DNA of 64,000 nt, taken from Verrucomicrobiota bacterium (GTDB lineage Bacteria > Verrucomicrobiota > Lentisphaeria > Oligosphaerales > Oligosphaeraceae). The position numbers were made by a program, and so were the translations under genes. Below are positions 63,681 to 64,000 of the stretch, piece after piece. Positions within the stretch are counted from its first letter, which is position 1; every line of letters starts with the position of its first letter. The stretch spans positions 533 through 64,532 of the forward strand of contig JAGVUR010000156.1 of NCBI GenBank assembly GCA_019136135.1, read 5' to 3'. The notes beneath the pieces were generated by a model. The model was not told where the DNA came from and did no database searches. It saw only the letters and a list, made by a program, of their open reading frames with translations.

Positions 63681-64000
63681 GAGCGTTTTCCTTCGAGTTT
63701 GAGTTTGATATGATTGCAAATTTTGGTGATTGTTTCTATGGCTGCATCGATGCCGTCGGGAGCTGAATCCGATAGCGCTTCTTGCACGATTAATGTTATC
63801 TTCCTGGAGTTGTCGTCCCTGATTTTGATGCCAAGGGGGGTCAGGGAGATTGTGACGGCGCGCCTGTCCTCGGTCGATGTTTCCCGAATGACCAATCCGA
63901 GCTCGACCAAGGTGTCGATGGCAACGGATGTCGTCGCGGTACTCAGTCGCAATGCTTGGGCGATGTCCTTGAGCCTCATCCCCACGGGATGGAGCTTTGC
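63677..64000 (-). CDS. MarR-family transcriptional regulator; N-terminus runs off the window
   Basis: LKDIAQALRLSTATTSVAIDTLVELGLVIRETSTEDRRAVTISLTPLG (winged HTH). ATGA overlap with the adaptor gene. The frame is still open at 64000. Confidence 0.8.
   Translation of the reverse strand, partial: AKLHPVGMRLKDIAQALRLSTATTSVAIDTLVELGLVIRETSTEDRRAVTISLTPLGIKIRDDNSRKITLIVQEALSDSAPDGIDAAIETITKICNHIKLKLEGKRS

Overview
This is a chromosomal window with about 55 protein genes on both strands. G+C looks slightly above 50% by eye, except for one strikingly AT-rich block.

Gene content: secreted DUF4091, LamG and FAD-oxidoreductase proteins, Sel1 repeats and an O-antigen-ligase-like protein suggest a PVC-group (Lentisphaerota/Verrucomicrobiota-like) bacterium, but that is inference only.

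Recognisable genes:
- rpsP, a KH-domain gene, trmD, rplS, rnhB and pcnB in one block
- eda, glnS, trpS, gmk and a standalone coaC
- cdaA-cdaR, a PIN/PhoH ATPase, pnuC-like plus thiamine pyrophosphokinase, trmL and nfo
- panB, panC, yggS, a DUF721 gene, a tail-specific protease and ettA
- a MarR-MFP-RND efflux operon
- a larE-larB-larC nickel-pincer cofactor operon with no larA in the window

I saw no rRNA, tRNA or CRISPR array.

The most unusual content is non-coding or accessory:
1. A family of MITE/REP-like nested palindromic elements sits at every convergent gene junction. Two copies have perfect or near-perfect terminal inverted repeats and 9-10 bp flanking duplications. One internal hairpin shows compensatory changes between copies.
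2. A roughly 3.2 kb island lies between nfo and panC. It is bounded by 76-bp direct repeats that carry a hairpin. It holds a very AT-rich orphan-gene block, an ISL3-type transposase remnant and an AAA+/DUF4143 ATPase.
3. A consensus sigma70 promoter, a roughly 170-nt structured leader and an intrinsic terminator precede two paralogous small membrane proteins at the head of the lar cluster.
4. A 9-bp microsatellite encodes a (PVR)10 tail on a FadD-ACP-PlsC fusion, and a 7-bp biphasic microsatellite sits in a 660-bp divergent intergenic region.
5. GlnRS carries a C-terminal MetRS/Trbp111-type tRNA-binding domain.

All calls come from reading the sequence and the ORF track by hand. No searches were run.
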